Source of the DNA: a bacterium
Lineage (GTDB): Bacteria > Electryoneota > Electryoneia > Electryoneales > Electryoneaceae
DNA length: 64,000 nucleotides
Reading direction: 5' to 3'
Assembly (NCBI GenBank): GCA_963669175.1
Contig: OY769902.1
Span: 5,184,001 to 5,248,000 of the forward strand
Under the pieces are notes generated by a model. That model did no database searches. It saw only the letters and a program-made list of their open reading frames with translations, and had not been told where the DNA came from. Numbering within the stretch: the stretch's first letter is position 1; every line of letters starts with the position of its first letter. Made by a program: the position numbers and the translations under genes. This document shows, piece by piece, positions 39,288-48,269 of the stretch.

Positions 39288-39920
39288 ATGGAATACACAC
39301 AGGTATTGATAGCGCTACCAGCAGCCTTCCTTGGTTGGGCCTTCGGCGAATTAAGCAAGATCAATCAAAGGAGATCAGATCACAAGCAGGCTATTTCTAT
39401 GGCCATTTCGGATTTACTAGAGATACGTTTCGAAATCTATGTAATCAGAGAAATGTGCCAGTACTTCAAGAAGCGGTTCAACCTGGACAGAATACAATAT
39501 TCACAAGTTTCCTTTATGATTACATCTCTGTTGCCAATATCAGATGATATTTCTAACCGATACAATCATGCTGTTGACGAAGTTTCAAAATATGATCCAC
39601 TCTTGGCCTTTCAACTAAGATCAAAAGATCAAATACAAAATTATATTGTTAAAATGCAAAAAGCAATAAAAGATGAATTTGAAGGTAACGAGGATTGGGA
39701 AGAATTTGAAGATGCCTTATTTGACTTGATCATACCTAGATATGACGATATCATATTGGATGTTGCAAGATTAAAAAGTTGGAATACAAAGAATCGAATA
39801 AAAAGATATTTTAAAAATGATTTTGACAAAGACATGAAAGATTATTTAGATAAATACATGGATATGGTTATTGATAATATAAAAAAAAGAAAATTATCAA
39901 TAAATGATAATACCATATAA
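39288..39920 (+). CDS. hypothetical protein with N-terminal TM helix
   Basis: 210-aa AT-rich ORF with hydrophobic N-terminus. Confidence 0.65.
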   Translation: MEYTQVLIALPAAFLGWAFGELSKINQRRSDHKQAISMAISDLLEIRFEIYVIREMCQYFKKRFNLDRIQYSQVSFMITSLLPISDDISNRYNHAVDEVSKYDPLLAFQLRSKDQIQNYIVKMQKAIKDEFEGNEDWEEFEDALFDLIIPRYDDIILDVARLKSWNTKNRIKRYFKNDFDKDMKDYLDKYMDMVIDNIKKRKLSINDNTI

Positions 39921-40120
39921 TGTTACAATTGCGGCAATTATTGGCGAGTAACGCATGTGAATTACTGAAATAATAATATTAGCTGCCCCATAATTGCCCC
40001 ATGACATATGACATTAGGCTCCTAATGTGTAAAATATAATAGTTTAACGCTCAAAGAGAACGTTATTGTTATCCGTTGTTGCGTTTGAACAGAGATTGCG
40101 TTAGGTTGTTTCTGTGAACA

Positions 40121-41173
40121 GTGGAGACGACCATGGCGAACATCGAAAAACGCATCTCGAAAGCAGGCGACATCTCCTACCGAGTGAAAATCCGGATCAA
40201 AGGTGCCCCCACTATTACGGAGACATTCAAGCGTCTTACCGATGCCAGGATCTGGGCTCAATCTCAGGAAGCAGCCATCCGTGAGGGCAGGCATTTTCCA
40301 AAATCGATAGCAAAGCGAAAAACGCTTGCTGACCTGATAGACAAATATTCCAAGGACTACCTTCCACTCAAGAAGGATGGAAAAAATCAGACACGTCATC
40401 TGAAATGGTGGCGAAAAGAACTCGGTTTCTATACTCTTGCCGATGTCACACCAGCAGTGATAGCAGACGCTAGAGATACACTCCTGGAAGGTGATCGAAA
40501 AGGTGCAACCGTGATTCGCTATATGGCATCGCTCTCCCACGTCTTCACAATTGCCATGAAAGAGTACGGATGGATTGAAGACAATCCGTTTAGGAAAGTC
40601 ACTAAACCCAGGGAAGCACGTGGACGAGTTCGCTATCTACCTGATACTGAACGCGAAGAGCTGTTGAAAGCATGTAAGAATAGCGTAAATCCTGATTTGT
40701 ACTTTGCGGTTGTACTGGCACTCTGCACCGGTGCCAGGCGGAGCGAACAGATGAATCTGACCTGGGAGCAGGTTGACCTTGAGAGAGGAACAATCCTTCT
40801 GCACGAAACCAAGAATGGTGATCGAAGGACGTTGCCCCTAACCGGCCCAGCCCTTGAGTTAATGGAAGAACGTTCCAGGATCAGAAGACTGGACACAAAC
40901 CTGATCTTCCCCAGCAACAAGAATCCAAGAAAACCCATTTACTTTGAAGCAGCTTGGCGTATCGCCAAAGAGGAAGCCAAAATTGAGGACTTCAAGTGGC
41001 ATGACCTCCGGCATACATTCGCTAGTTATTTGGCTATGAACGGAGCAACCCTTCCTGAAATAGCCGCGGCACTTGGACATCGAACACTGCAGATGGTCCA
41101 AAGATACGCTCACATTTCCCAACCTCATGTGCAAGCGATAGTAGGGAAAATGACGGGTGCCGTTTTTGGCTAG
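40121..41173 (+). CDS. tyrosine recombinase/integrase
   Basis: TGARRSE, TKNG, HDLRH, LGH...RY catalytic residues (start probably ATG 40133). Confidence 0.95.
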   Translation: METTMANIEKRISKAGDISYRVKIRIKGAPTITETFKRLTDARIWAQSQEAAIREGRHFPKSIAKRKTLADLIDKYSKDYLPLKKDGKNQTRHLKWWRKELGFYTLADVTPAVIADARDTLLEGDRKGATVIRYMASLSHVFTIAMKEYGWIEDNPFRKVTKPREARGRVRYLPDTEREELLKACKNSVNPDLYFAVVLALCTGARRSEQMNLTWEQVDLERGTILLHETKNGDRRTLPLTGPALELMEERSRIRRLDTNLIFPSNKNPRKPIYFEAAWRIAKEEAKIEDFKWHDLRHTFASYLAMNGATLPEIAAALGHRTLQMVQRYAHISQPHVQAIVGKMTGAVFG

Positions 41174-41208
41174 GACAATTTAAAACATTCACCCTTAAGG
41201 AGCACTTC

Positions 41209-42141
41209 ATGCACTCCATCCCATGGATACGTTTAAGTGATATATCGAATATCATTCAAGAAACTGATTCGCCTCAAAAATTCGATCTCGATTTCTTTCT
41301 TTATTCTAATGAAACATCCATTTATAGGGTTCTGGAGAATGGTACAATCGGTTTGCAAATTGACCAGGAAACAACAGATGAGAGTAGCACCATAATAGAA
41401 GAATCCAAATTATTGACTTTCTGTGAAAATAGAAATATCGAAGTAGTTATTCCTGGCAGTGTTAGAAATTGGCAAAAAAAGCATGGGGAAAATATAACAA
41501 GGGAATACGTGAAATGGAAAACGAACGATCTAAAATTTTGGTTGGACTCGCCAGGGCTTAGCATTTGGGAGATTTGTGCGCTCTTGCTCGATGAAAATCC
41601 AGAAAGACTAAATGAGTATCTCGACTTCAATTTTCCTGAGGAAGTTGATGGAATAGCTCGACACCAGTATCAACACATTGTACGAAGCGCAAAACTTGAT
41701 ATAATCAAAGCAAGGAAATCAGGCGAAAGAGAATCAGACTGGATCATCGATTCGCAAGATTTTTTTAAGTTTGCGCTTCGTTCTGGACTTGAGCTTCCAC
41801 TCGTATTGAGGTTATATGCTGAAAACCAGTTGCAAACTAAGTTGGATCATGTTAACAGCTCAGATGAAGAAGAATCTATTTCTCTTAGCGGCAAAGAAAA
41901 GCAAGAACTGGGGAACTTGAGGATATGGAAAGGGAATCATCAGAATTCAATAAAAATGGCGGTTTCGGCTGCGTTTTTTTGTTTCGAGGCAGGGCAACAT
42001 CAAACAACAAGGAAGGAACTCACAATACATCTCGAAGAAACTTTTAGCAGTAAAGCTTTTACCCTTGAAACCTTCGAGCAGATTTGGAAAAGTATACCGA
42101 ATAATTACAGAAAGGGTCCAGGCCGACGAAAAAATCGTTGA
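41209..42141 (+). CDS. hypothetical protein between integrase and excisionase
   Basis: 310-aa ORF, no clear motif. Confidence 0.65.
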   Translation: MHSIPWIRLSDISNIIQETDSPQKFDLDFFLYSNETSIYRVLENGTIGLQIDQETTDESSTIIEESKLLTFCENRNIEVVIPGSVRNWQKKHGENITREYVKWKTNDLKFWLDSPGLSIWEICALLLDENPERLNEYLDFNFPEEVDGIARHQYQHIVRSAKLDIIKARKSGERESDWIIDSQDFFKFALRSGLELPLVLRLYAENQLQTKLDHVNSSDEEESISLSGKEKQELGNLRIWKGNHQNSIKMAVSAAFFCFEAGQHQTTRKELTIHLEETFSSKAFTLETFEQIWKSIPNNYRKGPGRRKNR

Positions 42142-42296
42142 TTGAGATGTAGATATGTAAGTAACAAGAGTTAACGCTTTCCTCAAAACCCCTCAAAAGT
42201 TATTGAATTCCAGACAATAACTTTTTGGGGATTTTATTTTGCATCCGGATCATCTACTCTGGCAGCACCCATACCAACTGACAAGAGAGGGCAACG

Positions 42297-42533
42297 ATGC
42301 AGAACAACACGTTAAGGCGCAGAGTAATTCCTGTCACCAAGTGGAACGACTACCACGACTACCCAAAGCTTTCAACTCTTCGCTACCTCATTTTTCATGC
42401 CGAAGAGAACGGTTTCTGTAAAGCCATCCGACGTATCGGCAACCGTATCCTGATTGACGAGAATGCCTTTTACGAATGGCTAGATGAAACAAACGGACAT
42501 GGGAAAGCACAAGAGGCGACCAATGCAAAATGA
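42297..42533 (+). CDS. small excisionase/AlpA-like DNA-binding protein
   Basis: 78 aa, STLRYLIF..RRIGNRILID..AFYEWL. Confidence 0.7.
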   Translation: MQNNTLRRRVIPVTKWNDYHDYPKLSTLRYLIFHAEENGFCKAIRRIGNRILIDENAFYEWLDETNGHGKAQEATNAK

Positions 42534-43587
42534 TTCTACCAATCTGATTCGACCAGTCTCGTTCTCTACTCCCCCAAAAGAAAACGGTAGTGCTCTTTCT
42601 GGAGGGCCTAATAAGGGGGGAATTCCAAGTGAAGTTTTCCGGAAAGCCATGCCAGACACCATTCACATCGGATGCAAGTACCTAGATAGAGAAGGTTTGT
42701 TATCAAGCAGACGATGGTACGAAGATACGAATTGTCCAGGAAGATGGTTTCTGGGAAAGGACATGATCCCGGAAGACATACGAATGGTTTACAATACCAA
42801 GGGTTCGTGGCTCAAGGTTGAGTTCGAACTATATAAAAGGATCTCTGACTCCCCATTAATCACACCAGCAGATGTTGATGCTGAGTCAATAATTAAAGAC
42901 CTGAACGAATATTTGCAGCAAGCAGGGTGCATTCCGGGAACGGACAGTGGCCAGTTTAGAGTTACTCGTTTTGATACACGTGTCCTCGCTCTTCCAATTA
43001 CAGTAGAGCAGTATGAAACCCTGATGGCGTTACAAAAAGGTCTGCAGCTTCGCCGCAGTGGCGATGCTTACTATCCGTATGAATCAGATAACAAAATTAC
43101 CTGGATGGCCAGGGGTAGGAATCTAAGGCGTTCTGGTATGACCGTTTACATCAAAGTACCAAAGAAATGCAGCCAGCCGGTAGATGGACTTATTCTACAG
43201 TTTGAAATCCATCTCGGCCAGGCCCATGAACACCGTAGCTGCTTCAAGCGTTTTGACCAGGTGGATCGTGACCTGAATTCTGTTCTGACCACTCCAGATT
43301 TATGGGATGATATCTTTGCCTGGGGATTTAAGCGGTTCGGATTGGATAAGGCGCCTGTGCTGGTTTCTGCAGAGGGGATATTGAAAGAAATCTTGCTAAG
43401 TTCGCAAAACTTCACCTGGAAGAAAAATCGGTTGGATTGGCTTCAGGGGAAACCTCTAAAGAAAAATACATCCAGCTACTTCCGAGACATCCAGAATCGA
43501 TTTGGAAAGTCTGTATCTTTCGTAGAAGGTAATTTTGAATTTGACCTCAGAGAAATATTACTGATTGATGCAGTCCAGGCAATGTAG
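42484..43587 (+). CDS. putative replication initiator (Rep_trans/phage gpII-X-like)
   Basis: VTRFD, VYIK and LQFE motifs in the order seen in Rep_trans proteins; follows the excisionase. Confidence 0.45.
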   Translation: MKQTDMGKHKRRPMQNDSTNLIRPVSFSTPPKENGSALSGGPNKGGIPSEVFRKAMPDTIHIGCKYLDREGLLSSRRWYEDTNCPGRWFLGKDMIPEDIRMVYNTKGSWLKVEFELYKRISDSPLITPADVDAESIIKDLNEYLQQAGCIPGTDSGQFRVTRFDTRVLALPITVEQYETLMALQKGLQLRRSGDAYYPYESDNKITWMARGRNLRRSGMTVYIKVPKKCSQPVDGLILQFEIHLGQAHEHRSCFKRFDQVDRDLNSVLTTPDLWDDIFAWGFKRFGLDKAPVLVSAEGILKEILLSSQNFTWKKNRLDWLQGKPLKKNTSSYFRDIQNRFGKSVSFVEGNFEFDLREILLIDAVQAM

Positions 43588-43838
43588 ACTCAAAAAGAAT
43601 AAGAATTTATTGTGTCGTCATACCAGAGATCATCGCCAGTCTGACTCTTCAAGATGCACTCACACGTGATGAAGCAAAGAAATTTCTTGGATTTGCAAAG
43701 GATGAAAAGCAAAAGGACAGCCAAGACAACCCTCAGTCAGACGAAGATGTCGAAGCACTGTACGATGATGTGATTCGAGAGATTCTGCAACTGTAGAATG
43801 GCAACGGATTAAAAACACAACCTGGGAATCATTGATGC

Positions 43839-44681
43839 ATGGCGACAATCGATCCCAGGATGGAAGCTGAACTGAATATCTCACTCAAAGCAGCACAGCA
43901 GTGTACAGCCGAGCAAGAAATCCTTCTAATGAAGTCACTCGAACAGGCAGCACCCCAGGTTCGAAGTGAACTGCTTCGCGTGGCCGAAATGAAAAGTGTG
44001 ACGCCCGGATCTGCTCTCTGGAAACGTCGTCTTGAGTCCATCCTTGTTCGTATCGAGACAGTTCTGAAAGAGATGAAGAAGTCTACCACTTCACTTGCCC
44101 GTCCTATGACTAAGAATTCATTCAGGTTGGGTATCGAACGAGGTGTATTCGAACTGCGGGACAGTGGTGTGATGGGATTGAAGGATGTATCGGAATGGCA
44201 AGCAATGATCGACAGCGCCTTCACCGCCATCGATGGCAGGGCTCTGGACGCTCTGGACGCTCTGGCACGCTACAACATCAAGCTATTGGGAACGGTCTCA
44301 GATCGTTTGCGGGATGATATCAAGATAGACCTGCAGGCGGGTATCCTGTCTGGCCGAGACATCGGCCAGATTGCACTGGATATCGGAGATGTAATCAAAC
44401 CACCAGAGAAGGACAAGTTTCGCTTCGCGGGTAAAAAGGTGTTCAAGACAGCCCGAAATCGAATTGAGGTGATCACCAGAAAAGAAGTCATGAGGGCATA
44501 TAACCAGGGACGTATACATCTTTACCGGGAGATCAATGTTGAAAAAGTCGTTTGGTACACTGTACTGGACGAAAGAGTCTGTCCTGTCTGTGGACCTTTA
44601 AATGGGCAAGAATTTGCGTTGGACTCTCTTCCTCCTCTACCCCGACATGTGCAGTGCCGTTGCAGGATACTATCGAAGTAG
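43839..44681 (+). CDS. phage minor head morphogenesis protein (SPP1 gp7/MuF family)
   Basis: RIEVITRKE..RAYNQG, DERVCPVCGPLNG, PRHVQCRC. Confidence 0.85.
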   Translation: MATIDPRMEAELNISLKAAQQCTAEQEILLMKSLEQAAPQVRSELLRVAEMKSVTPGSALWKRRLESILVRIETVLKEMKKSTTSLARPMTKNSFRLGIERGVFELRDSGVMGLKDVSEWQAMIDSAFTAIDGRALDALDALARYNIKLLGTVSDRLRDDIKIDLQAGILSGRDIGQIALDIGDVIKPPEKDKFRFAGKKVFKTARNRIEVITRKEVMRAYNQGRIHLYREINVEKVVWYTVLDERVCPVCGPLNGQEFALDSLPPLPRHVQCRCRILSK

Positions 44682-44943
44682 AATCTTTGTACCCGTTTGA
44701 GAAAGGCAACAGTCAACCAATCATTCCGAATCCTTGAATCGCTTTCGCAAATTCAGTTATTTCCTTACCTTCGAATGTTTGCCACTTTTGGAGGATAAAC
44801 AGCGGCATTTTCGTTAAATGTTTCACAAAGCATCATAGTATTCAAGGGAGATCAAGATGCTGAAACCAAAGATATTATCATATCTTATTGTATTGTTTAT
44901 GTTTAACAACAGCACTGGTCCAGGCAATTCCAAGTTAATGTTT

Positions 44944-45016
44944 GAACCGCTATGGTGCGGAACCGTATGACCGGTGGTGTAAGAGGCTGGGGCTGTGAAG
45001 CCACAACCTAACAGAT
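44944..45016 (+). ncRNA. degenerate group IIC intron domain V-VI remnant
   Basis: gaaccgc..tgcggaaccgta..cggtggtgtaagagg..cctaacagat resembles the IIC 3' consensus GAACCGCCGTATACGGAACCGTACGTACGGTGGTGTGAGAGG...CCTACTCGAT. Confidence 0.65.
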
Positions 45017-45104
45017 GAAGAAATCCCATACAGGTAAACGATGTGGGGCGAACAACCCGACAAAGAATTTACCCTGCAGCGAAGCTTCAGACGGAGGCGA
45101 CACC

Positions 45105-48050
45105 ATGATAGAATTAGTACCGGGGATAGAACAAATAAATTGGACTGAACTCGCCGATATGGTGAAGTCCGGATACAACTATGTAAAACATCCAGCAGCA
45201 AAAGAAGCTGTAAAATATATAGTTAGAAGTGCACTCGACAGATTTGTCGGTTTTTTTAGAAAAAATCAGAAATATGGCGAGTTGAATGAAGCTTTGCAGG
45301 AGATGTCTGAAAATCCTGAATCGAAGATAATCAGGAAGGAGGTGGTCTCTCAACTGGAAAACGCTGAGATCCCTGTCAATGAGGAACTTGTCGAAATCAT
45401 CAAATCCCTCACCGCGGCTATCGCGCAGACACCCGGCGGTGAGCATTTCACTGCTGATACTATCATCAAGAGTAGCCCAGGTGCTACTGTGGACCGGCGG
45501 ACCTATACGAACTCCACGCATATAGAACTAAAACAAGGTGACTACATCGGTGAGCAACACAACTATCCCCCGCCCCCCGTCAAACCCCGCATGAATTGTT
45601 ACCTGAAGGACCTGGTCAGTGAGTGCAATCTTCTTCCCTGGAATGTGATGAGCCCCGGTACGGATGAGCACACTAAAAGCCGTGAACTGAAATTGCGAGA
45701 TGTATATACACCGATGGACTCCAATAAGATTGAGCGCGAGGAGAATCTTGATAAGTTCATGGAACAGCAGAGGGAGGCAAAACGTCTTCTGCTCGAGGAA
45801 GTAATTAACCGCTACCCGAAACTTGTAATCCTTGGCGATCCCGGTTCAGGAAAATCGGTACTCGTGAATTATTTCTCGCTTGTGATGGCGACGGCGACCC
45901 TGTCAAAGGAATCTGTGGCGGTTTCAGACGGGCTGGCTTCCTGGGATCACGGCACATTATTTCCTGTGAGGATTATACTTCGCCATTTCGCTGAGAAATA
46001 TTCAACCTGTTGCGAGGAACCGGGATTAAATCCTCTTTACTGCTTCATTCGTAACTATATCATAGAGAAATCATCCGAAGAAGACTGGCACGAGCTTTTT
46101 GACAGGCTTTCCGAAAACGAGGAGAACCAGTTCCTGTTCTTCCTGGATGGACTGGATGAAGTTTCTGAGTCTATTCGCAGTGATATTGTCCGGAATATCA
46201 ACGATTTTGCGGACAAGTATTCCAAACAACGGTTTCTTGTGACCTGCCGTATCTACGCCTACACCGACAGGGACAGCAACAATCAGCCCAAGATCCAGCT
46301 GAATCCAGATTTTCACCAGGTCAGCATTGCACCGTTTTCGCCCGAACAAATGGAGCAGTTCACCAAACAATGGTACCAGAAGCAGATCGAAAAAGAATTG
46401 CTTCCCAGGGATACCGCAGAGGAAGACAGATCCCGTCTGCTTGCAGCCCTTCAACGTGAAGATATCAAGGGGCTTGCGGAACGGCCGCTGCTACTGACGG
46501 TTCTTGCCTTGCTGAACACGGCGAAGGGAGATGTTCCCGTTGACCGGATCAAGTTGTATGACTGGGCAGTGGCATTGCTTTTCGAACGGTGGGAGCGACG
46601 AATTGCCGGGGACGAGGGAATTGTTCGGGCCCTGAATATTCCAGGGCTGAAGATTCACCATTTATTCGAAGGACTGTTTGAGATTGCCTTTAAGGCACAT
46701 AGCAACCAGGAGGGTGCAGATTCCAGTACTGCGGAGATCAGCAGTTCCTTCCTGAGGGATACGATACAACCTCATCTGCTTTCCGGCGGGTATGACAAGG
46801 CGCAAGAGTTTGTTGAATATATCAAGGAACGTGCCGGTCTGCTGATTCGCAGAAAAGATGATGTATACACCTTCCCGCACCGTACTTTCCAGGAATTCAT
46901 GGCCGGGTGTCATTACATCGTCAGTCCCGACATTTCAGATCATACCTTCGCGAATCTCGTTGTCAAAGATCCCAACCAGTGGCGGGTAGTAGCTGTTCTG
47001 GCGGCAGGGTACGCAGAACAGGAACATCGCCGGGATAAAGTCTTGAATATGATTCACAGGTTTTGTCCGGATGATATGAATGATGCCAACAGGAGTAAAA
47101 TCCGTTTTCTGCAGGCGGAAATTGCCGGGGAAGCAATCCTGGAAGCTGGAAAGGAGAGCATCGCCGGGGATAATCTCGGTGCGATTCACACCCATCGGAT
47201 CAAACAATGGCTCTTGGCCGCAATGCAGGCGGATCAACTGCTCGCCCCAAAAGAGCGGGTTGCGGCGGGAAATGTTCTAGGTCGCCTGGGAGATCCACGG
47301 TTCAATCCCGACAACTTCTATTTGCCAGTCGAGGAGGATCTCGGTTTCGAGCGAATCCCGGCAGGTAGGTTCATGATAGGCAGCGATAAGAACAATGATC
47401 CTGATGCAACTAGTGACGAATTGCAACAGCGTGAAGTCACGATCAAGGAGTTCTGGATGGCGCGATACCCGGTAACGGTCGTCCAGTTCAGATTGTTCCT
47501 GGACGATAGCGGTTACGAAGTTAATCGTGAAAACTGGTGCCAGTACAATACCATCAACAACCATCCGGTTGTTATGGCTTCGTGGGAAGATGCGAAAGCC
47601 TATTGTACCTGGTTGACAGAAAAACTGGCTGACCACAAGTGGAAAATCCGATTGCCAAGTGAAGCGGAATGGGAATATGCTGCGAAAGGCGGCTCGAATA
47701 CCATATATTCATATGGAAAAAAACCCGATTCCAATAAAATGAACTATAGTGAAACGAAAATTGGCTCAACCAGCCCTGTCGGATGTTTTCCAGGAGGTGT
47801 GGCGAGAAGGATGATTCAGGATATGCATGGGAACGTGTGGGAATGGTGTGAGGATTGGTATCATGACAACTATGATGGTGTGCCGACTGATGGGAGTGCA
47901 TGGGTGAATCCCCAGGGCTCGTTCCGGGTGTTACGGGGCGGCAGCTGGAGCTACCTCGCCAGGGGCTGCCGAGCGGCGAATCGCAGCTACAACTTCCCGT
48001 CCGTCCGTTACGGCAGCTTCGGCTTCCGCCTCGTGAGGTCAGGTGAGTAG
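45105..48050 (+). CDS. NACHT NTPase with C-terminal FGE-sulfatase (CLec-fold) domain; DGR target 1
   Basis: GDPGSGKS, FLDGLDE, VTCR, HRTFQEF; RLPSEAEWEYAA, DMHGNVWEW, GFRLV; GGAGG RBS favours ATG 45105 over 45015. Confidence 0.9.
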   Translation: MIELVPGIEQINWTELADMVKSGYNYVKHPAAKEAVKYIVRSALDRFVGFFRKNQKYGELNEALQEMSENPESKIIRKEVVSQLENAEIPVNEELVEIIKSLTAAIAQTPGGEHFTADTIIKSSPGATVDRRTYTNSTHIELKQGDYIGEQHNYPPPPVKPRMNCYLKDLVSECNLLPWNVMSPGTDEHTKSRELKLRDVYTPMDSNKIEREENLDKFMEQQREAKRLLLEEVINRYPKLVILGDPGSGKSVLVNYFSLVMATATLSKESVAVSDGLASWDHGTLFPVRIILRHFAEKYSTCCEEPGLNPLYCFIRNYIIEKSSEEDWHELFDRLSENEENQFLFFLDGLDEVSESIRSDIVRNINDFADKYSKQRFLVTCRIYAYTDRDSNNQPKIQLNPDFHQVSIAPFSPEQMEQFTKQWYQKQIEKELLPRDTAEEDRSRLLAALQREDIKGLAERPLLLTVLALLNTAKGDVPVDRIKLYDWAVALLFERWERRIAGDEGIVRALNIPGLKIHHLFEGLFEIAFKAHSNQEGADSSTAEISSSFLRDTIQPHLLSGGYDKAQEFVEYIKERAGLLIRRKDDVYTFPHRTFQEFMAGCHYIVSPDISDHTFANLVVKDPNQWRVVAVLAAGYAEQEHRRDKVLNMIHRFCPDDMNDANRSKIRFLQAEIAGEAILEAGKESIAGDNLGAIHTHRIKQWLLAAMQADQLLAPKERVAAGNVLGRLGDPRFNPDNFYLPVEEDLGFERIPAGRFMIGSDKNNDPDATSDELQQREVTIKEFWMARYPVTVVQFRLFLDDSGYEVNRENWCQYNTINNHPVVMASWEDAKAYCTWLTEKLADHKWKIRLPSEAEWEYAAKGGSNTIYSYGKKPDSNKMNYSETKIGSTSPVGCFPGGVARRMIQDMHGNVWEWCEDWYHDNYDGVPTDGSAWVNPQGSFRVLRGGSWSYLARGCRAANRSYNFPSVRYGSFGFRLVRSGE
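47916..48041 (+). repeat. DGR variable repeat VR1
   Basis: ungapped match to TR 50592-50717; by hand count about 21 differences, all at TR adenines, before the terminal IMH-like segment. Confidence 0.93.
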
Positions 48051-48086
48051 TTGTATCAGTTTGCAGTTTTACGGTTTTACCATCTT

Positions 48087-48114
48087 GTCATTCCGGGCTT
48101 GACCCGGAATCCAG
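48087..48114. repeat. REP-like palindrome
   Basis: gtcattccgggcttgacccggaatccag (attccggg/cccggaat stem). Confidence 0.6.
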
Positions 48115-48269
48115 TTCAGTTAAATGGAGCTTTCGCAAAGCTTCGAGCCGGTGTAGCGAAGCCACCGAGCCGAAGTAAAGCGAAGGCAAAAGCCCGCTGA
48201 AGGCGGGCGAGAGATTTTGAAAATTCGATAGCTATTCCATTCAACGATAAATATTGAAAGGATTGCCAC

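Noticed and set aside
42484-43587. Possible missing DGR reverse transcriptase (53217-54407 also checked)
   Set aside because: Neither ORF has a YxDD motif or the (Q/I)G..S RT motif. The motifs present look Rep-like.
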